DNA of 64,000 nucleotides from a virus. Its lineage: Duplodnaviria; Heunggongvirae; Uroviricota; Caudoviricetes. Positions 55,401-63,999 of this stretch are shown piece by piece. How positions within the stretch are numbered: the stretch's first letter is position 1; every line of letters begins with the position of its first letter. The notes beneath the pieces were generated by a model. That model was not told the origin of the DNA. It saw only the letters and a program-made list of their open reading frames with translations, and ran no database searches. Position numbers and translations under genes: made by a program. The stretch lies in IMG/VR virus record IMGVR_UViG_3300043803_001772, one strand, 5' to 3'.

Positions 55401-57301
55401 GTTGCGCCTGTGTATTTAGCTAATCTATTGGTTGTACCACTTGATATTGTACCACTTCCTCCGCCAGCACTAGTCAATGCGTAACTGGCAGTAATAGCTC
55501 TTCTAGCAAAACTACTGGTGATTGGATAGGTACTACCAGTTCTCAATGTAGTACCACCACTACTTACATTTAATGCAAAACTTGCAGTTAAAGCTCTTCT
55601 AGCATAACTTGCAGTGCCTGAGAATCCAACGGCGTTTCTTCTGCTACTAGTAAACTGACTTCCGCTTATATTACCTATGACTTGTAGTTTTGCACTTGGA
55701 GTTGCGGTGCCAATACCAACTCTACTTCCACTTATAACCAAATCGTTTGCAGCATATTTACCAGCGACAATTCTATTATTGCTAAATACTTCAAATATAG
55801 GTAAACCCGTTATATCATTTACGTTAAATAAACTACCACTTAGATTATCAGTAACCTCAAACAATGTACCACTACCACCATCTACTTTTAGTACACTCGC
55901 ATTGCTTCCACTACGATAAACCTGAAGACTTGATACCAAGCTGCTTGTTACACCTATACCAACAAAAGCAGATCCACTCTCGTATATTACAGCAGAACTA
56001 CCAACTGTGGTTGCGCCTGTATATTTAGCCAATCTATTGGTTGTACCACTTGATACCGTACCACTTCCCCCTCCACCAGCACTAGCCAATGCGTAACTGG
56101 CAGTAATAGCTCTTCTGGCAAAACTGCTTGTAATTGGATAAGTGCTACCTGTTCTTAGTGTGGTACCACCGCTACTTGCATTTAGTGCAAAACTTGCGGT
56201 TAATGATCTTCTAGCATAACTTGAAGTACCCAAGAAACCTACAGCATTTCTTCTACTGGAGGTAAACTGACTTCCGCTTATGTTTCCTATGACTTGTAGT
56301 TTGGCACCTGGAGTTGCAGTACCAATACCAACTCTGCTACCGCTTATAACCAAGTCATTTGCAGCATATTTACCAGCAACAATTCTGTTGTTGCTAAATA
56401 CTTCAAAGAGTGGCAGACCAGTGATGTCATTTACATTGAACAAACTGCCGCTTAAGTTGTCGGTGACTTCAAACAATGTGCCACTACCACCATCTACTTT
56501 TAGTACACTTACGTTACTTCCGCTGCGGTAAACTTGCAATCTTGATACCAAGCTACTTGTTACACCTATACCAATAAAAGCAGATCCACTTTCATATATT
56601 GGAGTACTTGTTACACCAAGAGTACTTGCAGTTGCAAATTTAACCAATTGATTTGTTGTACCAGATACTGATACACTAGTACCACTACTTCCACTTGTGC
56701 CAGAAGCACCTGAAGATCCACTAGTGCCTGGACTACCCACACCACTTGTTCCGCTACTACCGGCTGTTGCACTTGTTCCGCTACTACCACTTGTACCGCT
56801 TGATCCACTTGTACCAGAAGCACCACTAGATCCGCTTGTACCACTTGTACCAGATTCACCACTAGATCCGCTTGTACCACTTGTACCAGATTCACCACTA
56901 GATCCGCTTGTGCCTGGACTACCTACACCGCTTGTACCGCTACTACCGGCTGTTGCACTTGATCCGCTGCTTCCACTTGTACCAGAAGCACCACTAGATC
57001 CGCTTGTACCGCTACTACCGTTAGTTCCAGATTCGCCACTTGAACCTGATGTGCCAGCACTACCTACTCCGCTCGTTCCGCTACTACCATTTGTACCAGA
57101 AACGCCACTAGATCCGCTTGTACCACTTTGTCCACTACTGCCATTGGTACCATTTGCACCACTTGTACCGCTTGATCCAGTTCCACCTCCACCTATTATA
57201 TAACTTGCGGTTAATGCTTTATTGGAATAACTGGAACTAAAATTATAAAGATAATTTGAGCTGGTTATAATTCTTAATAAATCTAACTTCTTTAAAGACA
57301 T
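52421..57301 (-). CDS. giant fibre/adhesin (1626 aa): collagen-like N-terminal tract, four to five 186-aa tandem repeats, GIGTTNP..KLH tail-fibre motif, C-terminal YG beta-propeller-like repeats
   Basis: G-(T/S)-S tract over about 175 aa. Long repeat IYESGSAFVGIGVTSSLVSRLQVYRSGSN.SVLKVDGGSGTLFEVTDNLSGSLF...VGIGTATPSAKLQVIGNISGSQFTSSRRNAVGF x about 4.5. C-terminal DKAIFGYG repeats x6. Confidence 0.6.
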   Translation of the reverse strand: MSLKKLDLLRIITSSNYLYNFSSSYSNKALTASYIIGGGGTGSSGTSGANGTNGSSGQSGTSGSSGVSGTNGSSGTSGVGSAGTSGSSGESGTNGSSGTSGSSGASGTSGSSGSSATAGSSGTSGVGSPGTSGSSGESGTSGTSGSSGESGTSGTSGSSGASGTSGSSGTSGSSGTSATAGSSGTSGVGSPGTSGSSGASGTSGSSGTSVSVSGTTNQLVKFATASTLGVTSTPIYESGSAFIGIGVTSSLVSRLQVYRSGSNVSVLKVDGGSGTLFEVTDNLSGSLFNVNDITGLPLFEVFSNNRIVAGKYAANDLVISGSRVGIGTATPGAKLQVIGNISGSQFTSSRRNAVGFLGTSSYARRSLTASFALNASSGGTTLRTGSTYPITSSFARRAITASYALASAGGGGSGTVSSGTTNRLAKYTGATTVGSSAVIYESGSAFVGIGVTSSLVSSLQVYRSGSNASVLKVDGGSGTLFEVTDNLSGSLFNVNDITGLPIFEVFSNNRIVAGKYAANDLVISGSRVGIGTATPSAKLQVIGNISGSQFTSSRRNAVGFSGTASYARRALTASFALNVSSGGTTLRTGSTYPITSSFARRAITASYALTSAGGGSGTISSGTTNRLAKYTGATTVGQSFSPIFESGSAFVGVGPISTSLVSRLQVFRSGSNASVLKVDGGSGTLFEVTDNLSGSLFSVNTIAGFPILEVFSNNRMVAGAYGTNALVVSASSVGIGIATPSAKLHIQGNVSGSQFTSSRRNAIGFLGTASYARRALTASYALNASGGGGGSTLRTGSTYPITASKTSAIGAGTTNRFVKYNNASAVGQTFTPIFESGSAFIGIGAISSSLVSRLQVYRSGSNASVLKVDGGSGTLFEVTDNLSGSLFSVNTIAGFPILEVFSNNRIVAGAYGTNALVVSGSSVGIGIATPSAKLHIYNGNEYIQGTQGSSAAVNYSSFNRLIFNNDFSDTARGPNKITIYDDGAFIAGLSVHNNAVGYYSGNNHIWYKSTSPTVFTEVMRLSGSGNLGIGTTNPVQKLHISSSATGTSIKSEGGLQMTGSITVRGGLGLSNTSNYRLAKRLIFNNDFNDTVRGPNKITIYDDGAFIAGLSVNDGAVGYYSGNRHIWYKSTSPTVFTEVMRLSGSGNLGIGTTNPAVKLHVQGNISGSQFTSSRRNAVGFFGTSSYSRRALTASYVLGGAAGSSGTSGASGTSGSSGTSGTSGTSGSSGTSGVGSPGSSGTSGTSSTPALSLAQTFVLTASVSQLKLTQSAANNDQILVILDGLVQSRINSYTVSGSTLTLTENAPSGSNVDIRYLGGGSSVSSSFSRRSLTASYLLPASNNTTKAIFGYGLTSINVSITNLVSNTGVVANDTTGVGTARYQLAAAGYGGDKAIFGYGITSVAVSMTNLVSNTGVVATDTTGVGTARVALAASGYGNDKAIFGYGYTSVVVSMTNLVSNTGVVATDTTGVGTARTNLAAAGYGTDKAIFGYGYTSVVVSMTNLVSNTGVVATDTTGVGTARYDLTAAGYGTDKAIFGFGWNGSTYYSITNLVSNTGVVATDTTGVGTARYSPAAARYGGDKAIFGYGSTGTVVSMVNLVSNVGVVANDTLGVGTARRYIAAAGYSTT
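52440..53300. repeat. about 141-bp tandem repeats x6, second copy of the propeller-like array in the adjacent gene
   Basis: Same nucleotide blocks as 50040-50900 (ccagttgtatctgtagcaac.ac.cctgtgtt). Confidence 0.5.
53750..56650. repeat. about 560-bp tandem repeats x about 4.5 inside the 1626-aa gene
   Basis: 186-aa protein period. Plus-strand shadow ORFs in the track recur at about 520-600-nt spacing (54594, 55161, 55677, 56280) with near-identical sequences. Confidence 0.55.
56686..57211. repeat. collagen-like triplet-repeat DNA in N-terminus of 52421-57301
   Basis: Same (G-T/S-S)n coding periodicity. Confidence 0.55.
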
Positions 57302-57339
57302 AGTTTACTAAGATATAAATAGTACTTAAGATAATGTAT

Positions 57340-57561
57340 CTAATTATTGTTTAATAGTATTTTGTACGTAGTACCATTTATAACAATAGGCAAATATAAC
57401 CCACTACTACCACCAGCGGTACCAGCCAGATTAAGTGAACTGGTAATACCGCTGGTATTTAAACTAATAAAGTTACTGTTTACTTTATGAAAACCTTCTC
57501 TGATGGTATCAGCAGTATCACTATTAGCAATAGATCCTGTATTTACTAAAATATAAGCCAT
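57340..57561 (-). CDS. small hypothetical protein (73 aa)
   Basis: ORF between two large structural genes. Confidence 0.35.
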   Translation of the reverse strand: MAYILVNTGSIANSDTADTIREGFHKVNSNFISLNTSGITSSLNLAGTAGGSSGLYLPIVINGTTYKILLNNN

Positions 57562-57577
57562 AACACATTATATACGT

Positions 57578-59650
57578 TTAACCTCTACCCCAAGTATATC
57601 TAAACACCATCTTCAATGAATAATCTTTGCTCTTGGTTTGTCCATTTTCTAAAACATACACATAACCATTGTTCTTAGCAGCATCATTCATTGCTTCAGG
57701 TGTCAAATTAATACTAGTTGGACCCACACCAATTGTTCTCCACAACGGAGCAACAGCTGGATCGGGTCTGTATAAGTTTGGAATATCTTCATTATTAGCA
57801 ACACCATTGCTAAAGATAACCACTTTGTCTCTGGTGTATGTGCTTTGTGTATATGGATTCAAATACATAGGCAACTCAACAGAATATATCTTGGTTGTAG
57901 AATTTCTAGATCTATCAACTGTGTTGAATGACGATGTAGCAGATCCGCTAAATGTTGATAGAAAACAACTACTTCCACGTACATAATAGTTTGTACCAAG
58001 TTTACGACCACTAGTTGGTGATGCGGTACCTGTCCAACCGGTACGTCTTACCCACAATGGCATACTTGACAATGAAGCAGTAGTTTGATATGGATTCCAA
58101 TCATCCCAATAAAAGAAATAATTTGGAATTTTCTTGTCTATAACACCATTACCAGCTATCATTTTTTTACCTTCATCAGTAGTAATAGTCTCAGGAGATT
58201 CTTCAATTTCATATTTGGATCCTGTACCTTTACCGCCAGGTGTCAATAATCTACTTGGGAATTTAGGATAACTCAAACTACCACTATTTTGCATTGATGG
58301 ATCGTAAAATAAATCATTGAATAAATTTGTATTGTTGTTATAACCACTAAGAACAGGCGTTACACCAGGCACACTACTCAATGTTGCCAACTTACAATAT
58401 GGGGTCCATAGATTATCTAATTTTGGAAATTTATCTGAACTATAGTATACAACGGTATCTGCAATTGTTACACCACTTTTAAATCCCCATTGACCATTGA
58501 CAGGTCCTGTGGTAGTGTTTACCTGATTTATGTAATATATACCTTCAGTCTCAGTCTTATAGCCCAAGGTTCCGCCCGTAGGTGGATTATATGCCCAATT
58601 TGGATCGCCATTATAGTACAAATTACTAAAAAGAGTAGCTAAATTATAAAATAAATCGCTAGTGAAATAGTTTCTTGGTTTATACGTAGTTGTATTTGGA
58701 ATACAAAAACTTCCACTGTAACTACCATTTGCGACACTCAAACTAGCAGATATACCCAAGTCCAAAAATTGATATGGGTTTTGATAGTTTGCAAAAAATT
58801 CCTGAAGTGGACCAACTGCTTTGAATGGATTTTGTTCATAACTTACAGCTGGGAAAAATGAACCTGTAGGAACATAGTTTACATTACTACCATTATAATA
58901 TCTATTTACGAAACCAAAGCCAGGTCCAAAACTAATTTGACCAGGAGCAAATGGTTCGTTACAAAAACCACCTTCGTCAATTGGTATTGCCAAACCACTG
59001 CCACTATCAATACCGCACAAACCAATCTTTTGAATTGCTTCTCTATCCAATGAACCAGTTGTCCAACCTGTGAAAGCAGGATATTGGGCTGGAATTCTGC
59101 CACCAACACTGCTACTAAATGGACTCATATTCACACGCAATTCGTAGTTTACACGAAGATATTGACCAGCGTGCAAAGTAATTGGTGGGTCCAAACGAAT
59201 TTTACTAAACAATGTGGTCGCAGCAGGTGTTTCTTTAAATCCTACTTCGGTATATGTGGTATTATCTAATTCTTTGTAGAAATCGAATGTTCTATACAAT
59301 CTAACCAAGCTACCTGAAACTTTATGACCACAGTTGTTTTCGCCTGTTAGATAAAAAGCATTGATTTTTCTTGGTCTTTTCAACATCTTTTCACTAAAAG
59401 AAGCGGTTAGTGTATCACTTGGACCATATGGATAATCGCCAACCAAACAAAATTGAAACACTTGTGCCCATGGCATATAAGCAATTTTGTCCAAACCACT
59501 GTTTAAAATTGTGTTGGGTTTCCAGCCTGTTGAATATTGTTCGCTTACTTGGTTGTTTTCATCAACACCCATCACAGAGGCTTTATAAAAACCTTTTACA
59601 GTTCTGTGTAATGTTACTGTTTGTTCTTTTTCTACACGTGTGTTTGTCAT
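57578..59650 (-). CDS. virion structural protein (690 aa), paralog of 24762-26129
   Basis: Shares the IRL...AGQ...LRV.MSP block with 24762-26129. Upstream TATTTATAA motif before the ATG. Confidence 0.5.
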   Translation of the reverse strand: MTNTRVEKEQTVTLHRTVKGFYKASVMGVDENNQVSEQYSTGWKPNTILNSGLDKIAYMPWAQVFQFCLVGDYPYGPSDTLTASFSEKMLKRPRKINAFYLTGENNCGHKVSGSLVRLYRTFDFYKELDNTTYTEVGFKETPAATTLFSKIRLDPPITLHAGQYLRVNYELRVNMSPFSSSVGGRIPAQYPAFTGWTTGSLDREAIQKIGLCGIDSGSGLAIPIDEGGFCNEPFAPGQISFGPGFGFVNRYYNGSNVNYVPTGSFFPAVSYEQNPFKAVGPLQEFFANYQNPYQFLDLGISASLSVANGSYSGSFCIPNTTTYKPRNYFTSDLFYNLATLFSNLYYNGDPNWAYNPPTGGTLGYKTETEGIYYINQVNTTTGPVNGQWGFKSGVTIADTVVYYSSDKFPKLDNLWTPYCKLATLSSVPGVTPVLSGYNNNTNLFNDLFYDPSMQNSGSLSYPKFPSRLLTPGGKGTGSKYEIEESPETITTDEGKKMIAGNGVIDKKIPNYFFYWDDWNPYQTTASLSSMPLWVRRTGWTGTASPTSGRKLGTNYYVRGSSCFLSTFSGSATSSFNTVDRSRNSTTKIYSVELPMYLNPYTQSTYTRDKVVIFSNGVANNEDIPNLYRPDPAVAPLWRTIGVGPTSINLTPEAMNDAAKNNGYVYVLENGQTKSKDYSLKMVFRYTWGRG

Positions 59651-59698
59651 AGATAATATTATAGTTATAAATAGAAAGAAGATATACTTAATATTTAT

Positions 59699-60880
59699 TT
59701 ATTCATATAGAGGTAGGAATTTTCTGCCATAACCCTCAACATATACTGGCATCCATCCCCAAAAAGATTTGCTAGTTAATCCAGCTACAGATGGTTCTGT
59801 ACCACCTCCATCAGCTGTAAATATATATGTATTTGGGTCATTTATGCTACCAGATACCATACCTGATAATCCCTCGCCCAATATATACAAATTTTGAGCA
59901 GTGGTTTTGTCTTGTAAACCAGGTGTCTTTAAATCTGTTATAAATGCTATAGACTTGCTTACAGGTCTACCAATAGCAGCATTATCATAAAAGATAAATG
60001 AGAAAAATAACTCTTGATTACCCGCCATCAATATTGATCCAGTACTGTCAAATCCACTAGCAACTCCAGCCCATTCAATAGTATTATATGGTGATAATCT
60101 TACAGTATGACTTATGCTGCCACTATTTACCAATCTAATTGAAAAAGCAGATGGTGTTTTGCTGCCGGTAAGTCTTATATTTAAATTGTTTTCAGTGCTT
60201 AAATGATAATAAGAATAATAAGCTGAACAAGTTATCTTGGACAATGCTTCGCCCTTGAAAAAGGAAGAAGTAAACAATACCGCAGTACTAGTACCACTGT
60301 TCAAAGCATAACTAGCTGTAATACCCCAACTGGATGTGATGGGATAAGTACTGCCAGTAAATAATTGAGTACCACCACTTAATGCATATAAAGCATAACT
60401 GGAACTAACTGCCCAACTTGCAGTTATTGGGTAAGTGCTAGCAGTATATAATTGTGTACCACCGTTTAGTGCCCAACTTGCAGTAATAGGATAAGTACTA
60501 CCAGTATACAATTGAGTACCACCAGCATTTGCATTTAATGCATAACTGGCCGTTAAAGCCCAACTTGCAGTTATAGGATACGTGCTGCCTGTGAACAATA
60601 CAGATCCAGCACCACTGGTACCACTACTGCCTGGATAACCAGTTAAACCACTTGTGCCAGCTGTAGCACTAGTACCACTACTGCCTGCAGTACCACTTGT
60701 ACCACTTGTGGTGATTGAAATAACAGTGGATTTACCAACTTTACCAGTGTTATTATCAACTGTTAAATATACAGCATTGGGTTGAACAGATAAATCACTG
60801 GGTTGTATTTTGATTGACCCAGTAAATACTGTAGATCCTGATATTGTAGGATCTTTGATAAATGGTGTATCTATTAACAT
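59699..60880 (-). CDS. fibre protein (393 aa) with short collagen-like tract and five YPITASW 20-aa repeats
   Basis: GTSGTAGSSGTSATAGTSGLTGYPGSSGTSGAGS followed by (TQLYTGSTYPITASWALNGG)x5. Confidence 0.5.
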   Translation of the reverse strand: MLIDTPFIKDPTISGSTVFTGSIKIQPSDLSVQPNAVYLTVDNNTGKVGKSTVISITTSGTSGTAGSSGTSATAGTSGLTGYPGSSGTSGAGSVLFTGSTYPITASWALTASYALNANAGGTQLYTGSTYPITASWALNGGTQLYTASTYPITASWAVSSSYALYALSGGTQLFTGSTYPITSSWGITASYALNSGTSTAVLFTSSFFKGEALSKITCSAYYSYYHLSTENNLNIRLTGSKTPSAFSIRLVNSGSISHTVRLSPYNTIEWAGVASGFDSTGSILMAGNQELFFSFIFYDNAAIGRPVSKSIAFITDLKTPGLQDKTTAQNLYILGEGLSGMVSGSINDPNTYIFTADGGGTEPSVAGLTSKSFWGWMPVYVEGYGRKFLPLYE

Positions 60881-60881
60881 C

Positions 60882-61484
60882 TTATTTTAACTTATTTTTA
60901 TAAACTATACTTTGCAACATTTCTTTCAAACTGGCATTACTCATAGGTAAATTATTACCCTCATATTTTCTTGGGGTAGTAATATCAACTAACTTATACT
61001 TTATGGGTAAATTGTTAATAGTTCTATATGTAGCCAATATATTCTTGCTACTATCATCCACAAAGAATATATCATTGTAACCCTCATTTTGTATCTTGTT
61101 CAATATCCAATTAGCCTTCGCCATTGGATCGCCAGTACCCAAAGTGATTACCTCAATATTTACTCTAAAGTACTTTCTAATTATATCTCTTATGTGTGGC
61201 GCTGCTTCAGATCCTCTAGCCGTCAATATCACAGTCTTACGATCCGGTCCGGTAGATTGTGTTATTTTATAAAATCGTTTACCAATTGAACGAATTAACG
61301 TTGGATTGATAAGTGTTTGAAATTGACTAAAATCAAACTTATCGCCTGGTTGTGGTTCATATACAGCATATTCAGCTGGGGTAATTTCTCTACTAGTACC
61401 ATCGGACGAAGTAACAACAACTTTGGCTTCAGTTTCAAAAAGTGTATCATCCAGATCAAAAATTCTAAGTTTCTTTATTTTCAT
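60882..61484 (-). CDS. HAD-superfamily phosphatase (200 aa)
   Basis: Motif I IFDLDDTLF (DxDxT). Motif II TARGS (T/S). Motif IV FFVDDSSKN. Resembles the T4 Pnk 3'-phosphatase and deoxyribonucleotidase class. Confidence 0.6.
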   Translation of the reverse strand: MKIKKLRIFDLDDTLFETEAKVVVTSSDGTSREITPAEYAVYEPQPGDKFDFSQFQTLINPTLIRSIGKRFYKITQSTGPDRKTVILTARGSEAAPHIRDIIRKYFRVNIEVITLGTGDPMAKANWILNKIQNEGYNDIFFVDDSSKNILATYRTINNLPIKYKLVDITTPRKYEGNNLPMSNASLKEMLQSIVYKNKLK

Positions 61485-62944
61485 CCTCGTAATGCTTTCA
61501 ATAGTTTCTTGTATAATGATTCTTTCTTAACCAATTTATCCAATGGTATACCTCTGTACTTTTGTCTTATTTGTGCAATAGGCATACCATATTGTTTTTC
61601 AGCTTGAGCAATCAAACTGTATCTATTTTTCTTTTCTTTTTCCAACGCATGCAATTTACGTTGTACAGATGTAGCTACAACGTCTTTTATATTATCTGTA
61701 TAATACTTTTCACCCGAAGCTAATAAATCTCTTAGTATCTTGATTTCAATATCCAATCCATCAACTTCTTTTTCTAATGCGGCCTTTTCTTCAGGTGTAG
61801 GAGGTTTATCATTTTTTCCTACTGCTCCAGCAGAATGTAATTTACCGCTCTTTTCTACAAACTCTTTATTCTTATTATGAATTACTTGTTCCAAACTAGG
61901 TTGCTCTTCTATTTTCTGAAGTCCCCAGTTGGGATAATCAAATTCACTACCAACTGGAACACTTAGAAGATTACTATCAGTTACCTTTATTGATACATTA
62001 TTACCTTTAATAGCTGTAACATCCGCTTTTATATCCATTCCTACGATTTTTATTTTTTCACCCACTTTGAAACTGTCTGAAGATTTGGTACCAACATCTG
62101 GTTGAACAAGTTCCATACCAGATGCTAGTTGTTTAATATCTCTTCCTTGTCTAAACGGACCAAGTGAATATTTGGAACTTGTTATGTTAACTGTAACATA
62201 ATCACCGTCAATATGGGTTACGTCACCAACAACATCCTTAAAACCTTTCAGTCTTACTTTATCACCCACTTTGAAAACCACATCAGCTTTATCTACATCA
62301 GAGGGTTTAGATTCTGGTGGAGGAGTTTCTTTCTTAGGTTCTTCTTTATCATACAGTTCATTGTATGAAATTATTCCGCTGCCAATTTCATATAAACATT
62401 CAGTTGGATTATATCCATTTAACTCTATTACTTTCTCGTACTGATCTTTATATGGAATTACTCTATCTTTTTTATAATCCCAAAATGTGACAATAATAGC
62501 TTTACCACTTGGTATTGTACTCTCAATCTTTAAATCAGAATCATCTACAATATCTTTAGCATCGTCCACTTCAAATATTCTACCCTTCAAAAGTGGAGCA
62601 GCATAAATGCCATATCTATCTATTCCTTTTAAAAGATTTTCTATATCTAAATGACCACCACCACTATTTCCATTCTTTAAGTTACTTATTGCACTTTTAA
62701 CACTTGGCTGTTTGGATAATTCGTCTATATCCTTTAAAACTTCGGCATCATCACAAACAAAGTCTTTTTTAACAACACTATATCCAAATATAGTGTTTTT
62801 ACCACTCTTTTCATCTTTATATACAAGAAAAGCACATTTATTCGCTGGGCTACGATAACTATACACCTTTCGTTTATAATACACAGTGTCTGGACTTTCT
62901 AAAAGTAAATCTCTAAATAGCTTCATAATAGTTATAAATATCAC
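61481..62944 (-). CDS. hypothetical protein (about 481-487 aa) with two KOW/SH3-like KVGDK.R.KG..DVVGDVT.I.GD.VT.N repeats and C-terminal coiled-coil
   Basis: The track start is GTG at 62944. The first ATG is 62926 (MKLFRDLL...). Confidence 0.45.
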   Translation of the reverse strand: MIFITIMKLFRDLLLESPDTVYYKRKVYSYRSPANKCAFLVYKDEKSGKNTIFGYSVVKKDFVCDDAEVLKDIDELSKQPSVKSAISNLKNGNSGGGHLDIENLLKGIDRYGIYAAPLLKGRIFEVDDAKDIVDDSDLKIESTIPSGKAIIVTFWDYKKDRVIPYKDQYEKVIELNGYNPTECLYEIGSGIISYNELYDKEEPKKETPPPESKPSDVDKADVVFKVGDKVRLKGFKDVVGDVTHIDGDYVTVNITSSKYSLGPFRQGRDIKQLASGMELVQPDVGTKSSDSFKVGEKIKIVGMDIKADVTAIKGNNVSIKVTDSNLLSVPVGSEFDYPNWGLQKIEEQPSLEQVIHNKNKEFVEKSGKLHSAGAVGKNDKPPTPEEKAALEKEVDGLDIEIKILRDLLASGEKYYTDNIKDVVATSVQRKLHALEKEKKNRYSLIAQAEKQYGMPIAQIRQKYRGIPLDKLVKKESLYKKLLKALRG

Positions 62945-63114
62945 TCAAATCTACTATTATGCTTACTTTTAAAGTGTTTCAACCGTTCCATTATTTCTTC
63001 ACGTTGTTTATCAGTATAAAACGACCAATCCCTCAACTCTTCCCAAGTACGTCCACATCCTTCACATAGTTTATTATCAACTACTACACAGATTCTTTTA
63101 CACGGGGTTTTCAT
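62941..63114 (-). CDS. small Cys-rich protein (57 aa), DUF1289-like Cx3C...CxxC
   Basis: Not in the ORF track because it is under 60 aa. MKTPCKRICVVVDNKLCEGCGRTWEELRDWSFYTDKQREEIMERL. Has its own ATG directly downstream of terminator 63126-63157. Confidence 0.35.
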   Translation of the reverse strand: MKTPCKRICVVVDNKLCEGCGRTWEELRDWSFYTDKQREEIMERLKHFKSKHNSRFE

Positions 63115-63125
63115 ATTATTTTTTT

Positions 63126-63157
63126 ACACAAAAAAACCCGTTCATTTCTGAACGGGT
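63126..63157 (-). terminator. rho-independent terminator on minus strand (acccgttca/tgaacgggt + TTTTTTT)
   Basis: 9-bp stem, 4-nt loop. The minus strand reads a T7 run after the hairpin. Follows gene 63172-63660. Confidence 0.55.
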
Positions 63158-63171
63158 CAATTGATTTTATT

Positions 63172-63660
63172 TTAAATGTTTTTTGCTTTTTCTATAATTT
63201 CTTTTAACTTTTTACTCTTTTTAGCGTCCATTGCTGCTTTCTTCATTGGTTCAGTTTTGTTGCCATCTTTATCCAAATCCAAAAAGTCAGGCTTTGCACC
63301 TTCTTCATAACATTCATCACATTCCATATATTCCATCATCTTATCAATATCAGCTTCTTCTAGTTTTCTACCAACATATGGAGTAAGTATTTTCTTGATT
63401 TTACCAAACAAGTCAGCATCACCTTGGTCACCAGCAAATCTGTTCTTATCACTGTGTTTGTCAATTGTCTTGACAAATGACTTGGTAATCTTATTTGGAT
63501 CTTCTGATTTTGGAGCTTTTTTAGCAACTGGCTTTTCAGCTTTTGGCTTTTCAACCTTTGGTTCGGCCTTTGGTTTTTCAGCTTTTTCAGCTTTTTTAAC
63601 TTCGGTTGCTACTTCTTCGTATACTTCTTGTATAAGTTTTTTTAAATCTGTTTTGGTCAT
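63172..63660 (-). CDS. lysine-rich KAEKPK-repeat protein (162 aa), histone-H1-like or DNA-binding
   Basis: KAEKAEKPKAEPKVEKPKAEKPVAKKAPK low-complexity tract. Acidic C-terminus. Followed by terminator 63126-63157. Confidence 0.4.
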   Translation of the reverse strand: MTKTDLKKLIQEVYEEVATEVKKAEKAEKPKAEPKVEKPKAEKPVAKKAPKSEDPNKITKSFVKTIDKHSDKNRFAGDQGDADLFGKIKKILTPYVGRKLEEADIDKMMEYMECDECYEEGAKPDFLDLDKDGNKTEPMKKAAMDAKKSKKLKEIIEKAKNI

Positions 63661-63699
63661 AATAGTATTATATTGATGTTATAGAAATAAATATAACAA

Positions 63700-63999
63700 T
63701 CAATTGGTTATAATTTGTTTTTTTATCAAACCGTCATACCATTTTCTACCAATTTCACTAAATCTATAATCCCACTTTAGTATGTAACGACTTTGTAATT
63801 CTTTAACCATCGCCGTAGCATATCCTCTGCGACGATGTTCATATCTTATATTAATAAATTCAATATATACAATGTCATCGTAGCTGTTGACCTTGTAATA
63901 CTTACAAAAACCAACAGCATTGCCTTGTTTATTTAAAATTTCACAATTGTATTCGTCTCGGTTATTGTTGTAACCCAAATACGTGTGAATGAATTTCAT
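63700..63999 (-). CDS. small GNAT-like acetyltransferase (99 aa), tentative
   Basis: HRRRGYATAMVKEL fits the GNAT motif A (R/Q)xxGxG/A acetyl-CoA loop. The start codon lies at the window edge (63997-63999). Confidence 0.4.
   Translation of the reverse strand: MKFIHTYLGYNNNRDEYNCEILNKQGNAVGFCKYYKVNSYDDIVYIEFINIRYEHRRRGYATAMVKELQSRYILKWDYRFSEIGRKWYDGLIKKQIITN

Noticed and set aside
16007-63999. CRISPR array or other interspaced direct repeats among the many tandem repeats
   Set aside because: All periodic repeats (57, 141, 162, about 560 bp) are in-frame inside long ORFs and encode protein repeats. There are no unique spacers of uniform length.
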